A stretch of 62,792 bases of DNA, the filler included, from Cercozoa sp. M6MM (taxonomy: Eukaryota; Protista; Endomyxa: Ascetosporea): the NCBI GenBank assembly GCA_040357565.1. It is 3 parts of 3 records of this genome, joined end to end, with 100 filler letters (N's around TTAATTAATTAA, not from the genome) between each part and the next. Parts side by side here need not be neighbours in the genome. Positions count along the whole stretch, not along the records: positions 23,514 to 50,197 come from JBDODJ010000146.1; positions 50,298 to 62,792 come from JBDODJ010000378.1; 1 more part is not named here. One strand, written 5' to 3'. Below are positions 41,201-54,147 of this stretch, piece by piece. Position 1 is the stretch's first letter. Each line of letters begins with the position of its first letter. The translations under genes and the position numbers were made by a program. Under the pieces are notes generated by a model. The model was given only the letters and a program-made list of their open reading frames with translations, made no database searches and was not told the DNA's origin.

Positions 41201-42289
41201 ATGACAAGTCAAGTTCAACTAGAGCGGCCATGGAAGACATGTCCACCGGGTACCGCATCGTGAGACAGTTGTGCGAAAGAGAAAGGTGCTGGAGGTTGCA
41301 CAATTGCAGCAGTGACGGCGGCAGCAGCGACACACGGTTGCGCGACAGATCGAGAGAGCGCAGCGACCGCATTCGGCACAGTCGTTCAGCGTCTTCTTCA
41401 CTCACCTCGATTTTGTTCTGCGCAGATTTATTTCAGTCAATGTACAAATAAAATCAACTGTTGACAAAGGTTTTACATTTGACAAGTCGAGGTGTTGCAA
41501 AGGCAGATCAAACACAAAACTGCGACAACAAAACATGAGTAGACTAACGATACTAACATCGAATAAGCAAAGTACTCTGGAATTCGTGTCAACTGGTTGT
41601 GAGCAAGCGAAAGCCAAACAACGGAGCTCTCTGTTTTAGTGCACATCTCGCGCAGCGACTCGCTCGTCTGAGGACACAAAACACTACAAACAAAAGCAAC
41701 GGGAGATCAAAGATCCGTCCGTTGTACAAGTGCATTGTGCGACAAGTCGAGTTTCTTCAGTCGCTGCCACGAAAGCAGATTCGGCACATCGCGAATACGA
41801 TTGCGCTTGAAGTTGGCTGCTTCAACTTCGAGCAGACGAGTGAGCTCCTGCGGCAGCACTTCGATCTCGTTCACCGAGGCGTCCACCAGGCGAATACTGC
41901 ACAAAAAAAAAACGTTTGAGCGTTATTGATTGCTGTTTTTGAGGTGAAAGAGACGGACAACGCACGGTTCCACGTGCCACCAGCGCTCGCCGGACGAGAA
42001 ACCGCCCAGATCGGGCGTTTGACGGCCGCGACGACGTGCGACCTCCTCGCCCGGCTCGAACAGTGAAGCAGGCAGCTCACTGATACCGAAACCTGTTCAC
42101 CCAGGGTGCAGTGAAATTCAAGTAAGCAAATCCAAGTAAGCAAAGAGGTTTAGGGTACCAGTGACTGAGAATTTGCCGCTGCTGTGGGCTTGCGCCACAC
42201 GCTACAGGTCGAGAACAATCAAGTCCACCAGACAAAAGAGTGCAAAATCTAGATCCATCCACCTGTTCAACCGCGCTATCAGCGTTCAT
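38261..42289 (-). CDS. LRRC40-like leucine-rich-repeat protein with a C-terminal Q/H-rich extension and three PGG repeats
   Basis: Many LxxLxLxxNxL repeats. Internal cap DGNPMRRMKRALL...LKQYLCSR and terminal cap TGNPLRTLRQN/VIARGVGSILQSLRER continue in frame into RPSVRVxxxPGGxQxFSxF repeats. Confidence 0.8.
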
Positions 42290-42533
42290 AGCGCAACAAA
42301 AATCTAGCACACGCCCGTGCACACGCCAAAATAATAAATATGCACACGACACCCCGCTCCAAGAAATGAAAGTCGCTGGCGGTTGTCAGTGAAAAAACCA
42401 AAAACAGAAGCGAAGTGAAGAATTCCCCGCGGAAGATTCCGTCTATAGGCAGCAGTATCGCAGAGCCACAAACTCGTACTTCGATGATAGTCTGCGGAGA
42501 CTGCATAATCTGAGTTAAAAATACTTATCGAAT

Positions 42534-42597
42534 GCAAGCCTGATGCCAGTAGCCGCGGTAATACCAGCTCCAGTAGCGTATATTAACGTTGTTGCAG
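42534..42597 (+). pseudogene. Isolated decayed 18S rRNA fragment (helix 18 / 530-loop region)
   Basis: GCAAGCCTGATGCCAGTAGCCGCGGTAATACCAGCTCCAGTAGCGTATATTAACGTTGTTGCAG matches the conserved eukaryotic SSU segment at 58 of 64 positions by eye. Weaker similarity upstream (GGCAGCAG at 42448). No other rDNA nearby. Confidence 0.8.
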
Positions 42598-42618
42598 GTA
42601 GATGAAAGTCTTTGCTTG

Positions 42619-44830
42619 CTATATACGTGCGCTACGATACGCAACTGGACCCACCAGCTTCGACCCTACTTTGCAGACGCGCGGAGACGAGAGCGACGCG
42701 ATGAGAGTGGTTGTGTTGATGTGTTGATGTGTGTTGGTGTGTTGATGTTGATATGGTGCATCTGTCGATTTCGCGTTTCGTTTCCGCTGTCGAAACAGAA
42801 TTTTCAAATTATTTGGACTTCTTTTTCGATTTAGCATTCTGTTCGGCGGCGAATTTGTCAACACCCTCACGCTGCAGAAGCAGTAGGTTGCAGGGTCGTG
42901 AAGAACAGGGTTGGGTGAGGGATACTGTACCGGTTCGGGTCGTGGTGCAAATGGCAGGTGCGACATTTCGGCTTGTTCGCGCACCATGTGCTGTTCAGAC
43001 ACAATACACTCAAGAGAGAAGTTAAAACAAAGAGGAGTTACCGAAACGAGTTTGTTTGAAGCCGCCGTCATTGGCTGTCGCCGTAACTGTTGGACCAAGA
43101 AGGTAAGGCAAGTGATTAAGGGATAGGAGGAACTACCTTGGTCTGCAAGAGTCGGTAGAGTTGCCACGGCGGCAACTCAGCGCGAGCACGGTTTCCGAAG
43201 GTGTATGCCACTGCACGAAGAGGGTGCAACACAGAAGGAGACCCCAAGGGATCGAGGCACATGCCCACCTTGTCTATTGTGGCCGTCGGACAGCAGTAGT
43301 TTCTGCAGGTACTGCATCTTCTCCAGACGCTTCAGCACCTCCTCGGCTGTGCCATTGTAGGCTCGCACTGTCGTGTCATCGTTGCCGACTCCCCAGGAAC
43401 TACGAGGCACAGGCAGAAAGTAACAACACAAGGCACCACTATAAAGGAAGGAAGCAGCAAAAACTGGTACGCGAAAGCCTCCAGTATCTTCCTTTTACTA
43501 GCGACGAATTCGTAGCACCCGAGCACCACCAGCAGCGTTGCTGTACGTCCACCCTCATGCGTAAAATCAAGTCAGGCACACAAACACAACAGAAACACAA
43601 CACACCAGTCACGATGCCCATGAACGACTTCTGAGGAGCCGGCACACCTATGGCACTAGAAAGGTAAATGAGAATGAGGCGAAAATATCCAGTCTGGCAA
43701 TACAAGGCAGCAAGAGGATACATCACGGGATGTACCAGCACCGGACATAACAGCGCGCGAGCGCAGCGCCCATTTCGCATTGGCCGGAGCCACGTTGGTC
43801 GATGCTTTCTTCTTCTGTCAAAACAAACACAAATCAAACGTATCGCCCGATCTTTCTCAAAAAGAAAAGGGAAGGAAAAGTACGGGTTTTTTCTTGTGCT
43901 GCTTGCGCTGATCCGTCATACTCGCTGCAAACAGACATGCGTCTATCTGGATGGGCGAAGGAACACAGAAAGCATCGGATACTGGAACGAGCGGCGGAGG
44001 CCTGTGTGCCGATGTTGTAAACTTCAATATCGAACACCTGTCTCAAGGGAAGTAAACTATCATATATTAACAACTGCAAGGCTTAAAAAATACGACACCT
44101 CCAAGAACCGGCGCTGCACAATACTCATGATGCGATCCTTCTTCTTCTTGTGCTCCTCGCCAAGAATCTGCAAAAACAACACAACAAAACGGTGATTCCA
44201 ACAAAACCGTGCTGCAAAAAATCGTTGCTTGAGAGTAAACTACGCTGTCGCACCTTTGTGTTGATATCGCTCTGTTTCGCGTGAATGCCTTGTGCGTGAC
44301 AGGCCTGCAGAAACGCAATCACGTCCGCAATCACTGGCTGCAAAGGCGCATCATCCTCCGTCTCGGCTTCCACCTCGTTCTCGTCCTGCAAGTATAAATG
44401 CGAAAAAATACACAAAAAAACACCAAGGAAGCTCAGAAACTACTCAAAGTAACAACTCACAGAATTCGCATCTTCGGCAAAAGCGTCCCCTTTGCGAGGC
44501 TGCTGCTTCTTCCGAAACGTACGCCGTTTCTTGCGCTGCGGCTCAAAGTCTCTGAGAAACACAAACTTACTGCCGAAACGACAAAAATCACAGCCAACAA
44601 CTCAAAAGCTACTCGTCCTCCGACTCGGCGTCGCCGTCGGCGAAGCTTCTGAAAAAAACAAACTTGCGCCAAAATCACACACAAAATCGTTCACGCTACC
44701 GACGGCGTGGTGGCATGGCAAACGACAAACTCTGAAAGCACCACGGTTCAAGGCACTTGTACTCTGTGTCGATGAGAGTTTTACATCCACCCCCTTAAAA
44801 AAGGCCGAGGATGGTATTGTCCAACATCAT
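42619..44830 (-). CDS. MAGE-domain protein, NSE3-like SMC5/6 subunit (ends uncertain)
   Basis: VADVIAFL, QRRFLEVFDIEV, PQKSFMGIV, LKRLEKMQYL and YTFGNRARAE (compare MAGE Y.WG.RA..E). Confidence 0.55.
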
Positions 44831-45078
44831 CGAGTTGCTTGTGCACTCCGAACTCCTGTGATAGACCGAAAAGTTTGCAGGCTTCGCTGCACTTCACAAT
44901 CCAAATAATGACAGCGCCAATAGTATTTTTGCCCGAAGTTCGGATTTTGGTTGTCTAAAATCACTCTGCTCGTTCCGAAGCAGATCACTGTCCCTGTAGT
45001 TATTGTTGCAGTTCGCCTTCACAGTTTCCGCTCCTCAGTTTTTCGTCGCGAACAGTTCAAACCTGAATCCTGAATCCG

Positions 45079-45497
45079 ATGCGATGCTCTCTTGCAATTG
45101 TGCTGCGGTGCTCTCTGGTGCTGCTGTTGCCTTTCCTGTCAACGCTAATGGCAGCGCAGGCACAGGCAGGTCATCTTGAATCCGTCAATGTGCTCGCCAT
45201 CGTCGAGACTGGAAGCGAAGTTCAAGGTACGAGACCAGTTTATTCAGGTTGCTTCACGTTCTTGATACGTGGAGTCACTTGAAACTGCCAGAGCAAATGA
45301 ACGAGCTCGAAAAGACCTTGGTCGGCCTCGTTGAGCAGATGCATCGGCAGCTGCAAATCCTGTAAATTTATCATCCATTTGAGATAAACGCTACTGTTTA
45401 CGATAACGCACCGCACTGTAGGTCGCAGCGACTGCAGAACGTCATGATCGACGATGTGCGCCCGACGCCACGGCGACGCAAGCACAATGTGCATTAA
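45079..45497 (+). CDS. Small secreted coiled-coil protein
   Basis: Signal peptide ending ...MAAQAQA; spliced continuation EQMNELEKTLVGLVEQMHRQLQILSQRLQNVMIDDVRPTPRRRKHNVH*. Confidence 0.5.
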
Positions 45498-45652
45498 CTC
45501 ATCCTGCGAGTGCAGTTGTCCGAGTCGCCGATGCATCGTCACTCACTAAGTTACTCACTTCGTACGGTACTGAGTGGTTCAAGCTGCGGAGTGTAGTTCG
45601 TAAAAGCACAGGAGTTCTGATATGACACGATATCGTATCTCCATCCAAGTGC

Positions 45653-47374
45653 CTAGGCTTGCTTTTTCGTCTTGCGCTTCTTCTTACCCGCGTTCTTCTT
45701 TGCTACGCGTTCGTGATAAGCGTCGCTTAGCAGGGTCGGGTACTAAACACAGACAATGAGCGCAACTCACATGCGAAACACCAACGAGCAAACGATTAAA
45801 TAAGGAGGTACCATAGTTCGCAGGGGAGCAAAGGAAATGCGATGAACATCAGTCGGTCCTTCCTTTTTGAGCAACGCGCGATGGGCAGCTGCCCCATAGA
45901 ATAAAATGTAATTTCCACGAGTCTAATGTGTGTAAACAGTACCGGTGGGGTAGCCCCTGTTGGTTCCAAAGTTAAACACTGGCCACTTCTCGTGGTACAC
46001 GTCCATGATGCGATCTCGCCAGACCTGTTTGTTTAGCGGGATGACTACATGTCACACACTAAATTTTAAGTGTCGCACCTTGGCAATGACAGAAGCTGCG
46101 GCAATGCAGAACACTTTACTGTCACCCTTGATCACGCACTCAGCCGGTACGCACATGTCAGGAGGCACCTATCAGTGATGACTGGCATCATGGTTGTCCA
46201 GTACAGTGCAGAACTAACTCAGCGCGCAAAAGTACCTTATTGCCATCAATAAGTGCCATCGCCGAGGATGAAGTTTCCTCACTGTTGCTATCGTCGCTTT
46301 CGTTGCGGAGGGTCGCATTTAACGACGCACTCGACTCTCGCATCGCATGGAACGTGGCCTGTAAAAAAAACGCACTGTCTACTCAACACGTCTGACATTG
46401 AAAGGAAGTCGAGATACCTGCAGAATGTCCATATCGTCAATGTCGTAGTTATCGACAACACTGATAGCGTACTTGATCCGTGGGTGCTGTCACAATGGTT
46501 AAAAGGTACACACAAGACAGTACTTATGAGATTTAAAAAATACAGAAGTGAGAAGTGCGAATAAATGCTCGCGTTGCGTTTCGTTCAACTGTGCAATTAG
46601 ACACGCTATATACAATACAAAACAAGCAGACACAATGAGGTCTGCATACCTTCTTTGAGTCATGAATGCCCTTAATATCGAGCTCTAACGGAACATAACA
46701 CGCCGCTGCCACGACTGGTCCTGCAGGACATCGAATACAGAAAACAACAACTCAGGGGAGATACAGATGATACCTGCAAGTGGTCCACGACCGGCTTCAT
46801 CGACACCGAACACATACGCAACACCGTCCTTCTTTTCTTCCTCGATATCTTCGGACGTCAGTTTCTCGCGCTCAAAGTCGCGCTGCAGAGTAAGCTCAAC
46901 TCTCAAAAACATCGGTCCTAAATAACATCGATACCGACAACGTGCCGTGCTTCCAAGTGAGTTCGCTGTTCTGTGCGAGCAGTTCCGATAGCTTTGTTGG
47001 GCAGGAGCGTGCTTCAGTCTGGAGCAATCACAGTGAGAACACATTTTTTGGAATCAACTTTGAATGCCTCTGCATACCTCATGCTCCTTCCACAGCTGCT
47101 CTGGCGCCACTGGGTGACGCTTCCTGTCTTCTCTGCTCAGCACACAAGTCCACCGATAGGACCAAGAAGAGAAGAAAAGGGAAACCGTTTCAAACACGGC
47201 GCTTTCAGTTGCTTCTTTTTGGCCGGCTCCAAGCTCTCGCTGAGCGACGAGGGTGTCTGGCTGTGAAACAAAAGTTTGACAGTTTTTAATTATCATTCTG
47301 AAGGAAAAGGACCCTAGGAGACGCCGACTGCGCCGAAGAGAGCGCGTGGCAACTGGCATGAGCCTTGCAAGCAT
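45653..47374 (-). CDS. rnhB: Bacterial-type ribonuclease HII with a putative mitochondrial targeting peptide
   Basis: GVDEAGRGPLAGPVVAAAC, IAAASVIAKV, RDRIM, NRGYPT, HRALLKKEGPTDVHRISFAPL; N-terminus MLARLMPVATRSLRRSRR. Confidence 0.88.
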
Positions 47375-47578
47375 ACAACACTCTGCCCAATTCTGCGAAT
47401 CGATCTGTTTCAGCAGGGGAGATCGCACCCTCAACTAATAATGACAAAACGGCACAGCCCAAGGCCATTTCAGCAAGTGACGCAGTGCATTGGCGTGTAT
47501 GTCTAAGGTTGCTTGCAAAAATGTGATCTATTGTGCTTGTTATTGCTTGAGCGTGCTGAATTTCTGGTTTGTGCAGTG

Positions 47579-48971
47579 ATGCGGAGTTTCGCCCTTGGCG
47601 ATCGCGTTCTGTGTCCGCGCGGACGTGGAGCGGGAACCGTGCGCTTTTCAGGTGCACTGCCGGGTCAGGTAGGCTTTGTTTTCGCGGTTGAGTCGTCTGT
47701 GCACATTTTGAGGTTCACAGAGGGGCGTCTATGTGGGTGTTGAACTCGACGAGGCCATTGGTGACTGCGATGGCGCTTTTGGCGACGCTCGCTTTTTCCA
47801 AACTGAGTACACTCTGCTGAAAGCTAAAGCAATCCAAATTTTGATTTCGGCTTCTTGCAGGGAGAACAAGGCAGTGTTTGCGCGTGCGGTTTCAGTACGC
47901 CCGTTGAAGAAATGTATGCTCGCGTGTTTGTTTCTGTTGCAGGATGTGAGAAAGGTTGTGCTCGTAGTGTCAACGTCAGACAGTGCTAAAAGTCTCGCAC
48001 AGGATAGTGGTATGTTTTCGAGTTTTTCTCACTGTTGGTCTTGATGTTTTTGTGGTCGTAGCGGCTGTTTCGAGTGCTTCGCCGCGTCGCACGTCGCGCC
48101 TCGCCGAAATTCGCGCCAGGAGGTTTCAGCACTCGAGACATGACAAAAGCAAGTGAACCGGATGTGTTTGGTCAGGCAAAAACTGCAGGAGAGTCGAGTG
48201 ACGTCTGCAGCGCCGTCTGGTGCCTCCGGTGACTCGGAAACGTCGCGTGAGAGACCGCGTTCGACGCGCCGTCCGACGTCGCTGTCGAAGCCTTCGTCGA
48301 CCAGATCTTCATCAACGAAACCTTCATCAACGAAACCTTCATCAACGAAACCGTCATCAGCGAAACCGTCATCATCAGTGGCGAAACCGTCGTCAGTGAA
48401 ACCGTCGTCGGCGTCGCGCGTGCGTCGCAGCCGCGAGACGACGCCGACTGCTGCGACGACTCGAGTTTCCTCGTCGACGCGTGCGCGTCGCGTTCGTACC
48501 CCCGTGCGCAGGTAGACCTGTCATACCTACCTTTCCCTTCCCTTACCCTTCCCTACCCTACCCTACCTACCCTACCCTACCCTACTATCCTACTACCCTA
48601 CCCTACCCCATTGTTGTTCTCAGTGAGAGTAAGGAGAGATCCCGACCAAGCAAGGAAAGATCGCGACCAGTCACCCCTGTAACCGTCTTTCTTCGTGTTG
48701 TTGGCTTTCAATGTACAGAGCATCCCTTCCGTGTGTACAGACACGACGAGTGAAACGAGAACCATCTGTTCTAGCGAGAAAGAAACGCGAGGCCTCTGCC
48801 ACCAAGGTAGTGTTCTCTGTCAAATGGTAGGCAGTAGGTGGGCAGTAGTCTCTGTTGTTGTGTGTGCGAATAGAAGGAACCGACGACTTCTGCTGCCTCA
48901 CCTGCGCGCTCGCGATTGGCTCAGATTCGCGCCAGGTATCCTTCACACATACACTGTTATATCACATCTAC

Positions 48972-49004
<33 letters not shown>

Positions 49005-49759
49005 CAGAGTGAGACAGCGTCAAACAACAGACGCAGCGGAAGCAACACCGACTGTCCAGACACCCAGGAAGCCACTCTCTAATGCCACGGCACAGGACAC
49101 GAAAACTCCTACTCCGAGTGAAAGCAAAGCTGTTCCCTCGAGTCAAAGCAAAGCTGTTCCCTCGAGTCAAAGCAAAGCTGTTTCCTCGAGTGAAAGCAAA
49201 GCTGCTGCTTCGAGTGAAAGCAAAGCTACTGCTTTGAGCGAAGTTGCTGCCAGTGAAAGCATTGTGGAGAAGCCCGAGCAGTCCAAGCACTCGAAAGAGT
49301 CGAACGAGTCGGAGCAAGAGCGACAAAAACGCGAGGCCGAAATCGAGACACTGCGACAGGTCTCGGCTGAACAGACGCGTCGCATCGATCGACTGCGTGC
49401 CGAACTAGAGGAGGTACCATCCCCTACTCCCTCCGCCAGTCAGTGACCCATGTATGTGTATGTGTCATGTATGTGTATGTGTGTGTATGTGTGTATGTGT
49501 GTGTATGCATATATATATATATACACATATATGCCTGCCTCAGTTGCGTCGCCGTGAGAGCGAGCACGTGGCACGTGGCAAGCAACTGGCCAGACAGGAG
49601 ACGCAGCAGCAGCTTGAGCAGCGACAACACGAGGTGGAACAACTCCGACTTGAACTCGACGAATCAAAGTACGAGAACGAAGCCTTGTCGCTCGACTTGG
49701 AGATTCTGCGGTACTTCTAGTATTTTAGGGCCACTTACCCATCTGTCTATCTATCTATC

Positions 49760-49824
<65 letters not shown>

Positions 49825-50117
49825 ATCTCTATCTATGTACCTACCTACCCAACTACCTACCCACCCAGCTACCTACCCACCCACTCTCCTGCAACTACCG
49901 ATTGTTCATAGTGAGGAGCAAGATAACGCGCGAGACGAGTGGATGTCACAGCTGTCCTCCCTGCGCGACGATAACTCTGGTGCGTCCATACTGCACGTAC
50001 ACACATGCGTATTTATAGGAAAAGAGATAGAGGGTTGACAAACAACAGAGTGGGACGAAGTCCGCGTAGCCAAGCTGCTACAGCAACGCGACTCGCTGGT
50101 CAGCTCGCTGGCTGAGG
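47579..50117 (+). CDS. CAP-Gly domain, Ser/Lys-rich linker and coiled-coil protein (p150Glued/CLIP-170-like), truncated by contig end
   Basis: GDRV...GTVRFSG...YVGVELDEAIGDCDG...FF; basic Ser-rich repeats (KPSST, SESKA); coiled-coil exons. Confidence 0.8.
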
Positions 50118-50139
50118 TATACCCCCAACCCACTACCCT

Positions 50140-50197
<58 letters not shown>

Positions 50198-50297
50198 NNN
50201 NNNNNNNNNNNNNNNNNNNNNNNNNNNNNNNNNNNNNNNNNTTAATTAATTAANNNNNNNNNNNNNNNNNNNNNNNNNNNNNNNNNNNNNNNNNNNN
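50198..50297. other. Assembly gap with artificial TTAATTAATTAA linker, flanked by (CA)n and (TG)n
   Basis: Same linker construct as at 23414-23513. Confidence 0.95.
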
Positions 50298-50397
<100 letters not shown>

Positions 50398-50406
50398 TCG
50401 CTTAGA

Positions 50407-52636
50407 TGAACACACTGGTAGCCGCGGTGAACGCAGGTGACGCTTGCCGCTCTGTCGGTGACACTTGTCGCACGATTGGTGTTTGTTTGCGCGCGCAGCA
50501 GGGAGCTTGCTACGTCCTCGATCCGTAAACCACCAAAGCCTCACCTGTATTAGCTGTCTGTTGTATCCGGTGTTTTGAAGTGATGGGACGAGTGTGGCGC
50601 TGGCTCCTTCAACCAAAATCGTGTCACAAGAAGAGCTGGCCATGACCGCAGGGCTTGTGGAGCTGCCTCCGATAGATATGCTGACTGTATCTTAACAGCA
50701 CACAAAACTATCAAGCCAACTATCTGTCAATATTCCCATAGTTTGTAAACTTAATGGCGTGAACTCTCAAGTTTCAAACTTTAGGATGCTCAATTGGATG
50801 CGATCATCGATCGTATTCAAGAGGAACTCGACGAAGGAGGTTCTGGTGGCATCGTTCTTGACTTTATCGGAGGGACTGCGAATGCAAGTGCTGCTCTCGT
50901 GCTCGTGCTGCCGGACAACGCGAGCATGCTACCGGCTGAGACGAAGATGGTGGAGAATTCGGATACGATTCAGGCCATTCTGACTGCCGTTGGAGGAGCC
51001 GCGAGCAGCGGCAACGTTAACATGAATGCGCAAGGCGAGGGTGGCACCGTGATGCTTAGCGTCAGTACTTTGGAGGGCACTGTTGCAGGCTCCCTGAGTG
51101 CCGATGTCCCTGTCCCAATCTGCAATACGGTAGACTTCTTATGAGTAGTAAAATGTATCATCAGGAACACATGTGCCTGTTTCCAGTGCAATCGAGAAGG
51201 CCAAAATGTCGACTTGATGGAATTCTGCCCCGCAAAGTTCATTCGCTTATCTCTAAACTTACAAAAATGTATGAGTTGAATTGGGTCTTTGTAAATAAAA
51301 CGCAGCAACACTCTGATGTTGAAAGAGGCATGTACTTGCGACCACGAATGCATCAACTCAGTGTGCTCAATGCAATGTCAGCTTGCCGACGAAGAAGGCC
51401 AGCTGAGCGACACGATGATGCGGCACTGCGTGGCACCGGCAAGTCTGCGCCCTTTGCCGGTTGGACGAGAATGCGCCTGCGATGTTGAGTGTGATGGTAT
51501 TTTTGAGAAAGCAGAAGACACTGACCTGTTTGCACCTGTTAACTTGACATGAACTGGACCCTTTGAGTTTAGATCTCGCAGGCGCGCACTGTATCGAAGG
51601 CGAAATGAAGTGTCTCAAAATCAAAGATGCTGCTTGCAGGTATTTTCCTGTTACAGTACACGTCAATGATGCACGCAGTTCTGATGATGAATGTGCCTCG
51701 CCTTTGGTGTGTGATCCCATCTTCGGGCAGTGCCGTGTCCCGGGTGCAATGGGCGAGAGATGCACGTATCCAACTGCATTATTCGAAGTTCCTGATCATC
51801 TATGTGTGTAAACTTATGTAAACTTATGTGCCCAGTCGCGGTGGAACGTGCAGCGCCGGCTTGATTTGTGATGCGAACCGACAACGTTGCGTCCTGCCAG
51901 TTGGAATGCAAGGCTGCAGCAAGGTGACGCACTGCCCGTCCAACGCAGTGTGTCTGGAGAGCAGCAACACGTGTGTGCTCAAGCAAGACTTCGACTGTAA
52001 CGGTGACGCCACCCGTTGCTTCTCTGGCTTGTGCGACATCGGCGGAACTGGCTTGTGCTTGCCCGTGCCACTCAACAGTTTGGGTATCTACGCCCAGTGC
52101 AGCATCGAGGCTTACGAATCCACCGAGTGTCCGGGGCTCACTGCCTGCGCCGATTCAGGAATAAATGCCCAGCAAACACCGGGAGTGCCGTACACCGGGA
52201 ACCCTGCGGTGCTACCTCAAAGATAACACATCTCCTTGTGGACGATGTGCCTCTGGCTATTGTGACAACGTCACGGACCCGCAACAGAGCGTTTGTCGCA
52301 CAACTTCCTACTCGCGCTGGCTGGCGTGCGACTATGTTCCGCAACCGTGCTTCAATGACGGGGGATGCTTCGCTTCAGGCACATGCAGTCTCAGTGGGCC
52401 AATGGGTCTCAACACGCAATGCGACTTCCCGGCTCGGTAAATTGAGTTGATGTCTGTTTCTGCATACCGCACAACTGTACCGTAGCTTTGGTTCACCGTC
52501 TGAAGGCGTGCGGGACTGCTCTGTACCTGGTTCGCTGCTGGAGTGCAGCATGACTGGCGGACCGGACGGTCGACGACGCGTCACCCGCGTTTGCAACCAG
52601 CAGCAGAAATGCGAAGAGATTGCACTGTGTTCGTAA
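50407..52636 (+). CDS. Cys-rich extracellular protein (5' end probably lost in the gap)
   Basis: Spliced exons with repeated C-x5-6-C modules (CASPLVCDPIFGQC, CSAGLICDANRQRC, CFSGLC, CASGYC); ends KCEEIALCS*. Confidence 0.7.
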
Positions 52637-52869
52637 GCACCGGCGCACTTTGCAGATACAAAAAGACTGCCCAGAGTAAATTGTGAACCGGCTTGTCAGT
52701 AAACTACAATAAATTTAGAGAGTTCAGTCTCGTCTACTAAAGACCAACAACGTAGAAATCTACGTACACCGTCTGTAGGTATACAGTCACCGCACATCCG
52801 TAACCGAACGGTACTGTACTTGATGCCATGCTAACTGACACTTGTATCCGACCTCGCTTAAACCTGTAA

Positions 52870-53844
52870 CTATGACGAAGGCAGCGTGCACGTGGCGGGT
52901 TTCCGCAAGGCGTAGAAGTGGAAATTGCCCGCGCGTGCCTGGTAGATGTCGTCGTTCCACTTGGGCATGGGCGGCATGTCCTCGCCTCGGAACAGACCCA
53001 AGCGTCGGTCAGGTGATCCGTGCGTGCAGACGACCATGAAACCGCCTGGTCGGAGCATCTTGTGCATCTCCCACCTACGGAATTAGATACAGTAACGACA
53101 CGCGGCATGGAGTGCCAAGTGTACATCATCTTGGCGGCAGCAGTCTCGCACTCCTCACTGCACAACACGGCATCGAAGGTGCCCTTGTCCAGCACGACAT
53201 CGAAGGTGCCCAAGTGACTGCAATCTGTCACGTCGGCCACCTGAAAGACGCACTTGTCCGAGAGACCCTTTGTTTCGGCCAACTCGCTCATCTGCGCACC
53301 TTGGTAAGTCCAACCTCCCCTCGTATTGGACTCAATGTGATTGACTTAACACAACTCACCTTTCGAATGCAAGTGGGAGAGAAATCCACACTCAAAACGT
53401 GTCCAAAGTCCTCCCTGTGCAACAAACTGAAAGTTCAACAACTCTGTTCATTTTGTAGCCAACAAAATACGCCGCCTCAAACGAAACCGCGGAATTGCCG
53501 CAGCCCGGCACAAACACTCTCAGTTGCGAAAGCTCCTCGTCCTCTACGCGCGGACACAAACAAATACGACAACAAAGCACAAAACAACAGCAACAGGAAC
53601 GACCAACTGCTATGAACCTACCCAAGACCTTGAGAAGTTCGTCTCGGATGTCGTCGTAGTCGCAGTACCAATCGAACGCGGCAGCTCGCGCAACCTCGTC
53701 TTCAGTCAGAGCGTGTCCTACCAGTTCCTCCGCTCGGTCTGCAAAAAGTGATCGCAAGTACCAGCGCTACACGCGGAACGCTGTCCTACCTGGGTCATAT
53801 CTCGCCTCCCAGTAAGCAACGCTTCCGTACTCACGGCCACCCAT
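52870..53844 (-). CDS. EEF1AKMT4/METTL13-like class I SAM methyltransferase
   Basis: EYGSVAYWEARY, FDWY, VPGCGNS, FDVVLDKGTFDAVLC, MLRPGG. Confidence 0.88.
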
Positions 53845-54147
53845 CAACACGTCACCTGCCAGGAATCTGACGTAGCTGTCAAGTGGGGTTAATTACAGTC
53901 TCTGAAAAGCAGAGTATACTGCACACAGCCACGCACGTCGTAGACACTAAAATTGCAGGAATGTCTTTCCCAGTTTTTAAACAATTTTTGATCACTAAAT
54001 ATGAAAGTCGAAGGTATAGCAGACTGCCAATTTGACGAAAAGGTGTTCATGAACGTTTTGCTTAATGCAAGTAGTGTATTATTACTTTTTCGCCATGTCA
54101 GCGTGCCGCCATTTCAGGCAGTTTACATCGCATTTGCAGGCAGGCTG

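Noticed and set aside
51806-51828. GTAAACTTAT duplication creating an in-frame stop
   Set aside because: It lies inside a GT-AG intron (about 51765-51835); the gene is not disrupted.
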